From: a virus
Lineage: Duplodnaviria > Caudoviricetes
Reading direction: 5' to 3' (one strand)
DNA length: 41,867 nucleotides
IMG/VR virus record: IMGVR_UViG_3300017716_002053
Span: 1 to 41,867 of that record
Shown here: one piece after another, positions 33,901 to 41,867 of the stretch
How positions within the stretch are numbered: position 1 is the first letter of the stretch
How the letters are laid out: each line of letters starts with the position of its first letter
The notes under the pieces: generated by a model
The model's database searches: none
What the model saw: only the letters and a program-made list of their open reading frames with translations
What the model was told of the DNA's origin: nothing
Made by a program: the position numbers and the translations under genes

Positions 33901-34382
33901 GGTCGAGCATCCGACAGAGCAGACACCCCCCGGCGATCAGACAGCCAGCGGCGAAGATTATCCAGACCATGACCCACTCCGACGCTTGCGAGGGTAAGGA
34001 GTTGGACCACGAAAAACGCGTTGATGCCCACCACATAGGTCCACAATCCATACTGGGTCAGGTTTCCCGTCTTCCACATGGCGATGGTGACGCAATGCAG
34101 CATCAGTTGCGTGACCAGACTGCCGACCATGACCACCTTCCACCACTCGCGGTTTTTCATCCACGCGCGGTAAATCATGCCCGCGAGGAACAGGTCGAGA
34201 ACCGGGAAGCTCAGGAGCGCGTCGGGAAAATGGTACATCGCCAGCAGCAGGTTGCCGATGCAGAACACCAGTGCGAGCATGGCGCTGGCCCCCATCAGGT
34301 CCGCGTACTTTTCCGGCTTCGACCTGTAGGCCAGAAAGCAAATGCCGAACACGACGACCGTTGCAGCGAGATACCAGATCAC
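33897..34382 (-). CDS. Multi-pass membrane protein (about 5 TM)
   Basis: Five hydrophobic stretches; in the lysis cluster. Confidence 0.7.
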   Translation of the reverse strand: MIWYLAATVVVFGICFLAYRSKPEKYADLMGASAMLALVFCIGNLLLAMYHFPDALLSFPVLDLFLAGMIYRAWMKNREWWKVVMVGSLVTQLMLHCVTIAMWKTGNLTQYGLWTYVVGINAFFVVQLLTLASVGVGHGLDNLRRWLSDRRGVSALSDARP

Positions 34383-34636
34383 GGGACCGGCTCGTCGGGA
34401 TCATCGACGGGCGGCTTGTCGTTGCCGCCGGAGAACAGGACGATGTTGTCCTCCGGGTAGGCTTCCTTGAAGGCCCGCTGCGCCCGGTCTTGAAGGAAGT
34501 GGACCCGGCGAGACTGCCGTTCCGCCTTGATGGCCAGCCGCTCGACCTCGCGGGAAGCGGCGAGCAAGTCCTCGGTGATCGCCTCCAGTTTGACAATAGC
34601 CGCGCCGATGGCGTCGATATGCTCTTGAGCCGTCAT
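34379..34636 (-). CDS. Hypothetical coiled-coil protein
   Basis: ATG 34636 overlaps the tailspike stop; LFSGGNDKP motif. Confidence 0.65.
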   Translation of the reverse strand: MTAQEHIDAIGAAIVKLEAITEDLLAASREVERLAIKAERQSRRVHFLQDRAQRAFKEAYPEDNIVLFSGGNDKPPVDDPDEPVP

Positions 34637-37600
34637 TTTGCCACCCATCCTGTGTTGCCGGTTCCGCTTTCCTTAACATAAAACGACGTGCCCGCACCCC
34701 CATCCGTCCGCTGGAAAGTGGAGCCGATGCCGCCGGTTACTGCACCTTCCGGGGTTCCCGTGCCGATGCCTTGGATCACCGTAGTGCTGCGGTAGATCGT
34801 TCCTGTGTAAAGAAGCGATCCCGCCGCGTCCGCCGTGGCCCAGCCCCGATACGTCCCGTTGTCCACGAAGCCTGCGAAGTAGTTGCTGGCGTAGGGCGTG
34901 GTTCCGGTAATGGATCCGGTGACGTTCGTCAGGGCGCTACAGCCGGTGAAGACGTTGCCCGAGGATGTCGTGGTGTTGTAGCCGTAGCCCTGTCCGCCGA
35001 CAAAGCCGGTCGTGGTGCCGTTGCCCGAGCGACAGCCGGTGAACAGGCTGTTCGTTCCGGTGTCGAGGTTCCAGCCGTTATATGTGCCGTTCTGGACCGT
35101 GCCGTCCACATAACTGTTATCGACAGCCGTACATGCCGCGAAACTGCTGCGCGTGGTGTTGCCGATCAGGCTGAACCCGTGCTGCGTATTGCGGACCGCG
35201 ACGCAACTCGTAACCGTGAACTGCTGGCAGTTGTTGAACACGAAGCCTGCCAGGGCGTTCTCAACCGAGATCAGGCCGGAAATGACGATTTGGCGGGCCT
35301 CTTGGAACAAGAAACCATTGCTGGCATTGCCTTGCGCCACGCAGTTAGAGACGACGCTTTCGCGGTCCACGTAGGTCGCCGAGCCGTAGGTGCCCCCCAG
35401 CGTTCCCTTGATCTGGAAACCCGCCGCCGCGTTATCGTAAGCGGTGCAGTCAGCCAGAACCGACGAAATGAAGCCGTCGTAGGTGTCGAAGCCGTCCTGA
35501 TTGTTGCCTTCCGAGTGACAGCCGATGATCTTGACGAAGGTGGAGCCGCCGCCCGTCTTGAAGCCGTCTTGGTTGGCTGCCGAATAGGCCTCGCAGTTGA
35601 TGAACTCGCAGGCCGTGGCGAAGTCCATGAAGAAGCCATAGGACTGTGAAACCAGCGAGATGCACTCGATTGCCTTGTTCCGCAGGTTCGTCGTCGTCGG
35701 CGGGACAGCGCCCGCGTCACGCGCGAACACGAAGCCTTGCGTGAAGTTGGTCTGGCCGCAGCGATAGACCGTGCAGTCCACGCAGTCGAAGAAGGCGAAC
35801 GCGAGGTTGCTGCTGGTCCGCAGCGTCGAAGCCTCAAGGCTCAAGTCCGCGATGAATACCTTGCTCTTGGCCGTGATCGAGAACACGTCCGTCGTGGTGT
35901 CCAGCCCAGTGAAATACAGGATGGTCCGGCCACGGCCCGCGCCGACGATGCGAGTGTTATCAAGGATGTTGAAGACCGGCGAGGCGTCTGGGAACGTCAG
36001 TTGGCCAGCCGGAAGGATAAGCGTCTTACCTGCCGTGTTAGCCGCGTCCAGCGCGAGGTTGAACGCCACCAGATTGGACGGGTTGGACGCGCTCACGCCG
36101 TAGCTTTCAGCATAGACCGCATCCAGAGCGGATTGGATCGGCGTCCAGTCAGCCGACGTGCCTGCCGAGCCTTCGGCAACGTAAAGCGTGGTGCCGGGTC
36201 CGCCGTTGAGGCGCGAGTAAAGGTCGCCCTTCGCCGGAACCGTGGATGGGGCGTTGTTCCCTGCAGCGACAGAACGGGCAGCAGCAGCAGCGCCAATCCG
36301 AACGATGCGCCAGTTGGAGCCGTCCCAGCTTACCGTGACCGATTGGCCCGGACGGATGACGACGACGGACGTTCCGCCGCTGCTTTGGATGTCGTACGAA
36401 GACGCACCCGAACCAACCAGCATGATCGTGTACGTCGCGCCAATAGGCAGATTGGTTGCCGCGAGGGTGCAAACCTGCGTGACGTTGTAGAGCGCGCCAG
36501 ATGGAGCCGCGATGCGGTAGCATGGTGTGTTCGTCCGGTAGGTAATCGTGACCGGGAACAGACCGGAGGCAGCAGGGCTTTCCGTGGGGGCAGACGTCTG
36601 TACGCCGTTGTTAGACGTGCGAACCCAAGATGTGCCGTTCGACCGGAACCAGCCAAAGCCGTTGCCGTCCGAGACGTACCATTGCTCGCCCCGGCGTTCG
36701 GTCGCATCCATCTCCGACAGTTGCGATTGCAGGATGGTGTTTTCGTTGTGCGGGCGGATGCCCGCGGGCTGTTGCAGGCGGTATTGCGCGACTGCCCCCT
36801 GACACCAGAAGGTGTTGAGGTCGATGTTCGTATTGATCGCCGTCTCGGCGATCTCGACGCCGCGCGCCGTCTTCTTCCAGCGCCCGAACTGATAGGCCTC
36901 TCCGGGAAGCGTGGTCAGGGCCGTGGCGGACAGCGTGATCGACTGCGCGTTGTTGATCGTGGCGATCTCGCCGATCAGGGTGTCGTCCGACTTGAAGATG
37001 GCGTCGCCGACGGCCAGCACATCCTGGAAGTTATAGCCGTACTTGAAGTTGGCACCCGACACCGCCTGCGCGGCGTTGTTGACCAGTTGGAGGTAGGTGT
37101 CCTTGTTGACGATCTGGCCGTTGACCCGCCGCCCGAAGCTGGCGATCTGGCCGATCGACACGTCGCCCGTGGTGAACAGGTGCTGGCCGACGACGTACTG
37201 CGTGTTGAACGAGGTGCCGACGCCGACGACCTCCTTGGAGCTGGTCAGGGTCGTGATCGTGCCGCCGAGATCCGCGACCGGAGCCGGGATGGTCATGGCG
37301 GTGCCGGACACCGTCGCCAGCCCGCCGCCGCCCGTGTAGAAGTACGGGTCCGGCGTCCGCTGGCGGTAGACGCTGCCGGCGGGGACCGTTTGCAGCGATC
37401 CGCCCGATAGGGTGGCCGTCTGCGTGGCGTTGACGGCGCTGCTGATGCCGCCTGCGTACCACCACGCGCTGCCCAGCGGCATCTCGATGGCCGCGCCCTC
37501 GGCGAAGGTCAGGGCGTCGGCGAGGATCGTGCCCGTGACCGTGCCGACGACGTTGCCGAGGCTGTTGAGGATGATGTCGCCCGAGGAGACGACGCCCACG

Positions 37601-39276
37601 AACGACGTGCCCCCTGCCTTGACCAGCGTGGTGCCGCCCAGCGCCACCGAGACGGTGCTGGACCCCGACGTGCCGATCGGCACGGTGCTGCCTGCGTCCG
37701 ACCAGTAGCTCTTGAGGCTGATCGCCGTGACCTGACCGAGCAGCGTCTCATCATCTTCGAACAGGAAGTCGCCGACCGAGACGTCGGCAAAGCAGTTGAT
37801 GTCCTGCCCCCGGAACGTCTCATCCTTGTTGACGATGCTGGCGTTGCCGGACGTAGCCGTGATCGTGCCGAGGCCGAGGATGTACTCGTCTGAGGAGTAG
37901 GTGGCCGGGCCGAAGCCGTAGCCCTGCCCCTCGGCGATGACGACGGCCTCCTCGTTCGGGTTGGAGATGCTCTCGCCGTCCTCGTCGCCGGGCAGCGGGC
38001 GACCGTTGCCGCGGTTCGGGCCGATGCCGAAGCCGATGCCGACGCCGGAGTTGACCGAGACCTGGTCCTTCGAGTTGAACAGGACGACCGGGCCGAGGAT
38101 GTTGCGGAAGCCGTAGCCGATGACGTTGCAGTTGTCCGGGTCGGTCAGGCGGATCAGGCGGAACACGCCCTCGCCCCACACATAGCCGACCGTGACGTTG
38201 GCCACGCCGTTGCCGAGGCGCAGTGCGGCATACTGCGTTGGGAAGGGCATACCCTCCTCGACCCAGCGGTTCCACACGCTCGATACCCGCCCGACGTACA
38301 GCTGGCTGGTGGAGCGCAGCACCGAGATGTTGAGCCCCGACTTGGTGCAGTTGACGTTGTCGACCAGACCGATGTAGCCCGAGCCCATGTTGGCGGTGGT
38401 GGCGTCCGCGCCGCCCGTGACGCCATGGCCCTGCACGTCGACGGTCAGGATGTTGTCGATGTTGAACGCCGATATGGCGGGCGCAGCGGTGACGCCGTCG
38501 TCGAGGAACCGGAACGACTTGTAGCGATAGCGGACGGTGGTGCCCTCGTACCGGCCCCCCGCCACGGCCTTGTGGCCGAAGTTGGTGGTGATGGCCGCGC
38601 AGTCGAACTCGATGTTCTCGAAATAGACGTCCGCGCCGTCCGTCTGCGTGAAGAAGGCGCGCGCCTCCGACGAGTAGGACCACGCGCCGGGGGTCGAAAT
38701 CTCTCGCCACGCCGGGTCGACCAGCGTCAGGCTGGTCGGGCTTTCTACCGTGTCGACCTTGCCGATGTACTCGCCGGCGGCGTTCTGGAGGTTCTTGCCG
38801 ATCAGCGCCGAGGTGAACAACGCCGAGCCGTTACCCGTCACCGTCTGGCTGTTGAGCGTGGTCGAGATCAGCCCCGTGCCCGCCGTCAGGGGCAGCTTGA
38901 GTGTGGCCCAGCCGTCACGGCAGACGAGCCCGACCGTCCCTGCGCCGTCCAGACCGAGGACGCCTTCGGTGTTGTATGCGCCCGTGATGGTGTACTCGCC
39001 CGCCGGGACCAGCACCCACAGCCCTGCGGTGACGGCGTCGGCGATGGCCTCGCGGAACGCATCGCCGACGGGTTGGCCGTTCAGGTAGTCGGCGAGGTAG
39101 ATGAACTCGCCGCCATTGATCTTCGTGCGCATGTACGCCGCCAGGGTGGCGGCGGTCGTGCTCTTGAGCGGCGGGGAGCCCGCCCGGTAGACGACGAACT
39201 TGTCGGCGTCGACGATCGGCGGCGTCTCGACCCCCAGCTCGGGGACGGTTTTGCCGGTGAGGGGCGTCAAGGCCAT
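34633..39276 (-). CDS. Large tailspike/depolymerase with two pectin-lyase-like beta-helix regions
   Basis: Two entry motifs (LADY..GDAFREAIA..VLVPAGEY; AESYGV..AFNLALDAA..LILPAG); periodic C.A..N...GF repeats. Confidence 0.85.
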   Translation of the reverse strand: MALTPLTGKTVPELGVETPPIVDADKFVVYRAGSPPLKSTTAATLAAYMRTKINGGEFIYLADYLNGQPVGDAFREAIADAVTAGLWVLVPAGEYTITGAYNTEGVLGLDGAGTVGLVCRDGWATLKLPLTAGTGLISTTLNSQTVTGNGSALFTSALIGKNLQNAAGEYIGKVDTVESPTSLTLVDPAWREISTPGAWSYSSEARAFFTQTDGADVYFENIEFDCAAITTNFGHKAVAGGRYEGTTVRYRYKSFRFLDDGVTAAPAISAFNIDNILTVDVQGHGVTGGADATTANMGSGYIGLVDNVNCTKSGLNISVLRSTSQLYVGRVSSVWNRWVEEGMPFPTQYAALRLGNGVANVTVGYVWGEGVFRLIRLTDPDNCNVIGYGFRNILGPVVLFNSKDQVSVNSGVGIGFGIGPNRGNGRPLPGDEDGESISNPNEEAVVIAEGQGYGFGPATYSSDEYILGLGTITATSGNASIVNKDETFRGQDINCFADVSVGDFLFEDDETLLGQVTAISLKSYWSDAGSTVPIGTSGSSTVSVALGGTTLVKAGGTSFVGVVSSGDIILNSLGNVVGTVTGTILADALTFAEGAAIEMPLGSAWWYAGGISSAVNATQTATLSGGSLQTVPAGSVYRQRTPDPYFYTGGGGLATVSGTAMTIPAPVADLGGTITTLTSSKEVVGVGTSFNTQYVVGQHLFTTGDVSIGQIASFGRRVNGQIVNKDTYLQLVNNAAQAVSGANFKYGYNFQDVLAVGDAIFKSDDTLIGEIATINNAQSITLSATALTTLPGEAYQFGRWKKTARGVEIAETAINTNIDLNTFWCQGAVAQYRLQQPAGIRPHNENTILQSQLSEMDATERRGEQWYVSDGNGFGWFRSNGTSWVRTSNNGVQTSAPTESPAASGLFPVTITYRTNTPCYRIAAPSGALYNVTQVCTLAATNLPIGATYTIMLVGSGASSYDIQSSGGTSVVVIRPGQSVTVSWDGSNWRIVRIGAAAAARSVAAGNNAPSTVPAKGDLYSRLNGGPGTTLYVAEGSAGTSADWTPIQSALDAVYAESYGVSASNPSNLVAFNLALDAANTAGKTLILPAGQLTFPDASPVFNILDNTRIVGAGRGRTILYFTGLDTTTDVFSITAKSKVFIADLSLEASTLRTSSNLAFAFFDCVDCTVYRCGQTNFTQGFVFARDAGAVPPTTTNLRNKAIECISLVSQSYGFFMDFATACEFINCEAYSAANQDGFKTGGGSTFVKIIGCHSEGNNQDGFDTYDGFISSVLADCTAYDNAAAGFQIKGTLGGTYGSATYVDRESVVSNCVAQGNASNGFLFQEARQIVISGLISVENALAGFVFNNCQQFTVTSCVAVRNTQHGFSLIGNTTRSSFAACTAVDNSYVDGTVQNGTYNGWNLDTGTNSLFTGCRSGNGTTTGFVGGQGYGYNTTTSSGNVFTGCSALTNVTGSITGTTPYASNYFAGFVDNGTYRGWATADAAGSLLYTGTIYRSTTVIQGIGTGTPEGAVTGGIGSTFQRTDGGAGTSFYVKESGTGNTGWVAK

Positions 39277-39277
39277 G

Positions 39278-40330
39278 TCAGAGGCTCAGTTGTGAAACGG
39301 TGGCGACCCCACCCGTGCCCGGAACCGTGCCGACCGCGGCTGTACCGGCGACAGGGACGGCGGCGGAGATGGTCTCAGTGACGACGCCCGTGGTTGCGTT
39401 GATGACCGTCAGACGGCCACCGCCGCCCGAGGAACCGCCAGCGCCGCCGATGCCCGTGCCGGTGCCCGTTCCGCCATTGCCGCCATTGCCTCCCGACACA
39501 TCCACAGCATCAGCCTTGGCCGCGCCGGTCAGGCTTGTCGTGAGGATATAGACATATCCACCACCGCCGCCGCCAGCACCGCCGCCGCCGCCTCGGTTGC
39601 CGCCCGCAGGCGTACCGCCATTGCCTCCGGTGCCGCCCTTGTTCTGGATGGCCCCCGCAGCGGTAGAGGCACCGCGAATGATGGTGTGGGCATAGATGGC
39701 TACGCCGGGGACGGAGGGAGCGCCGGAGCCACCGCCGCCGCCTGCCGTACCGTCACCGCCACCGCCCGAGGCAGACTGACCGGCCATGCCGCTTCGCCCG
39801 ACCCCGGTAGAAACGCTGTCTTGGATCATCGCCCGACGATAGGAAAACGCCGTAGGCGTTACCGGCGTGACAGCCGCGCCGCCCGCACCCGACGCACCCG
39901 CACCAGCTGCACCAGAGGATCCCGCAACGCCAGCGTAAGGGGCTGCGGCGATGGCCGTGGCCGTCGTGCCCGCTGCGGTTCCGCCCGCACTACCAGCAAC
40001 ACTGCTGGCACCTTGGAACATGCCCGCACCGCCCGATTGCGAGACGGCCAAGCCGCCCGCGTTCACAATGGCGTTGTTGCCGCTCGCCCCGTTCGAGTAG
40101 ATAGCGCCAGCTGGAGCCGCAGATAGGTCGAGAGTGCCGCTGACGAAGATACGGAACAGGCCCGTATTGATCGCCGCGCCCGCGCTCAGGGTCAGGTTGC
40201 GATAGTACATATCGCGGGTCTGCGTTGACGCGCCCGTGACCGTCACATCGCCGTCAGAGCCGTCACCGAAGAACTGGTTGAGCATGAAGGCGGAAGGCCC
40301 GCTGCTCGGGAAAAACTCAGGCGCGCTCAT
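39278..40330 (-). CDS. Glycine-rich virion protein
   Basis: FGDGSDGDV, YYRNLTL, long GGxGG tracts. Confidence 0.75.
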   Translation of the reverse strand: MSAPEFFPSSGPSAFMLNQFFGDGSDGDVTVTGASTQTRDMYYRNLTLSAGAAINTGLFRIFVSGTLDLSAAPAGAIYSNGASGNNAIVNAGGLAVSQSGGAGMFQGASSVAGSAGGTAAGTTATAIAAAPYAGVAGSSGAAGAGASGAGGAAVTPVTPTAFSYRRAMIQDSVSTGVGRSGMAGQSASGGGGDGTAGGGGGSGAPSVPGVAIYAHTIIRGASTAAGAIQNKGGTGGNGGTPAGGNRGGGGGAGGGGGGYVYILTTSLTGAAKADAVDVSGGNGGNGGTGTGTGIGGAGGSSGGGGRLTVINATTGVVTETISAAVPVAGTAAVGTVPGTGGVATVSQLSL

Positions 40331-40331
40331 G

Positions 40332-40706
40332 TCAGCTTCCGATCACATAGACGACGTCGTTCAGGGTGCCGATGATGTAAGTGCCCGCTGTGGTCGAAGC
40401 CGGGATGCTGACCGCCTCGCCGGCTTGGAGCGCAAAGCCGTTGCCGGTCCCGTCATCGGTCGCCGTCACGCCCGCCGCCCCGACAAACACCTTGCCGACG
40501 TTGGTCGACTTGGCCTTGATGAGCACGCCGTTGGCCAGCGCCTGGGTGGCGAGCGCCGCGGCGGACGCCGTCACGACCTGCTGGTCGGCGTAGGGGGCCG
40601 TGACACCGCTACCCCCGAACGAGGCGACGGTGCCGTCGGCGTTAAGAACGATCACCGTGTTGTCGACGACGGCGTTGGTAGTCGGAAGCGGGACGATACG
40701 GGACAT
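40332..40706 (-). CDS. Putative small virion protein (124 aa)
   Basis: GAGG SD; VLIKAKSTNVGKVFVG...GFALQAGE beta-sandwich motif. Confidence 0.7.
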   Translation of the reverse strand: MSRIVPLPTTNAVVDNTVIVLNADGTVASFGGSGVTAPYADQQVVTASAAALATQALANGVLIKAKSTNVGKVFVGAAGVTATDDGTGNGFALQAGEAVSIPASTTAGTYIIGTLNDVVYVIGS

Positions 40707-40713
40707 GAGTGCC

Positions 40714-41867
40714 TCACATTTGCGGAGCGAGGCTTTGCGGGGCCAGATCGCCCGTTTGCATTGCCGCGTCGATGGTGCCGTCGATGGTAGCTTGGATTTG
40801 CTCAGGTGTCATGCCCGACTGCAACGCTGACATCCGCTTGGTTTCGGCGTCGTACGCCTTGACCTGAGCCTCGAACTGTTTGGTGCGCATCTCCTGCGCC
40901 TCGATGGACTGCTCGACGTTCTGGAGCGCCTGCTGCATCTCTTGCAGCATCCCGCCCATCTCCTCGATCTGCTTCTCGGCGGCTTGCAGCTCCGGCGGCT
41001 TGTCGTCGTCGGCCAGCAGTTTCGGGTCGATCGACTTGCGGATGCGCTCGGCCATCTCCTGCGCTCCCGGCCAGTCCATGTTCTTGACGAACAGGTCGCC
41101 TGCGACGGCCCACAGCGCCGGGTTGCCCGTCAGCACCTGCGACATGCTCTCGGCGGCCTCCTGACGCTTGGTGGCGTAGCCGGGGCCGGTCTCGGCCACG
41201 ACATCGTACTTGCCGACGCCGGGGTTGTAGATCTTCTCGATGACGTTCCCCTGCTCGTCCACGATCTTGCGGACGGGCTCCTGCTGCGAGGGGTCGATGC
41301 GGGCCATGGAGACGTCGCCGTCCAGCCCGATGATGCGGGCCACGCGGGTGGTGTCGTAGATCTTGGGGATCAGGTCGATGCACTGGCGGGTGATGTGGCG
41401 CACGGCGCGGGCGAGGTTGTCGACGTAGTGGTAGGTGCCGGTGTCGCCCTGCTTCTCGCGGGCGAGGATCGCCTTGCCCGACCGCTCGTTCGACGTGGCG
41501 CCCAGGCTGCTGTCGTACTGCCCCGTGGTCGACTTGATGTCGTCCGACGCCCCCATCTTGGCCTGAATGAGCCCGGTTTGCGCCAGCGGCGGCGGCGCGC
41601 GCTGCGGCAGGGGCAGCGGGTTGCCCAGCGCGTCGGTCGCGTCGGCGTTGACCTCCAGATACGGCCAGTTGTTGACGTTGGCCGTCTTCCATTGGCCCTC
41701 GTAGCCCTCGAACTGCCCGCCGTAGCCGATGAACGGGGCCTTGGGTGCCAGGGCGAGCATCTCCGCCTCCTGGCTGGTCCAGTAGTTGTACATCCGCTGC
41801 GCGTCCTTGGCGTTGCGGATGAGGCCGGAGATGTGCAGTTCGCCGTCGATCTCGAACTCGTTGCCGA
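40714..41867 (-). CDS. Portal protein, C-terminal part (continues from 1031 down to 1)
   Basis: MYNYWTSQ, NERSGKAILAR, GTYHYVDNLARAV, GKYDVV, KRQEA, MDWPGA. Confidence 0.92.
   Translation of the reverse strand, partial: GNEFEIDGELHISGLIRNAKDAQRMYNYWTSQEAEMLALAPKAPFIGYGGQFEGYEGQWKTANVNNWPYLEVNADATDALGNPLPLPQRAPPPLAQTGLIQAKMGASDDIKSTTGQYDSSLGATSNERSGKAILAREKQGDTGTYHYVDNLARAVRHITRQCIDLIPKIYDTTRVARIIGLDGDVSMARIDPSQQEPVRKIVDEQGNVIEKIYNPGVGKYDVVAETGPGYATKRQEAAESMSQVLTGNPALWAVAGDLFVKNMDWPGAQEMAERIRKSIDPKLLADDDKPPELQAAEKQIEEMGGMLQEMQQALQNVEQSIEAQEMRTKQFEAQVKAYDAETKRMSALQSGMTPEQIQATIDGTIDAAMQTGDLAPQSLAPQM

Noticed and set aside
34633-39276. Diversity-generating retroelement target
   Set aside because: No reverse transcriptase and no template/variable repeat pair seen
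41765-41867. Biological direct terminal repeat
   Set aside because: Lies mid-portal gene with the frame intact; better explained as circular assembly overlap

Overview
This window is an apparently complete ~41.76 kb circular(ly permuted) genome of a GC-rich tailed phage with P22-like (podovirus-type) morphogenesis genes. The first 103 bp are repeated exactly at the end (41765-41867), and the portal gene reads through that junction. Modules: packaging (terS, terL, HNH endonuclease, portal; minus strand); a non-coding control region (3553-5247); a rightward array of small early/accessory genes (4163-11009) including beta-clamp-like, ArdA-like and Lar-like proteins; a leftward replication operon (DUF2800-type nuclease, SSB-like protein, family A DNA polymerase, primase-helicase); a rightward operon (VRR-NUC, GcrA-like HTH, C5 DNA methyltransferase, SNF2 helicase); and leftward virion and lysis genes. 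I recognised no integrase, RNA polymerase, reverse transcriptase or CRISPR array. Promoter style and the GcrA-like gene point to an alphaproteobacterial host (inference). The most unusual signals are: (1) five covarying DNA hairpins in both orientations that bracket accessory genes like cassette ends (8331-10314); (2) a C5 methyltransferase whose motifs are split between two overlapping same-strand reading frames over 1.1 kb; (3) a ~160-nt tRNA-like structured ncRNA with its own promoter and terminator just upstream of terS; (4) three covarying RNA hairpins that begin at early-gene stop codons; (5) a 1547-aa tailspike with repeat modules nested inside one another. All family assignments come from motifs recognised by eye, not from database searches.
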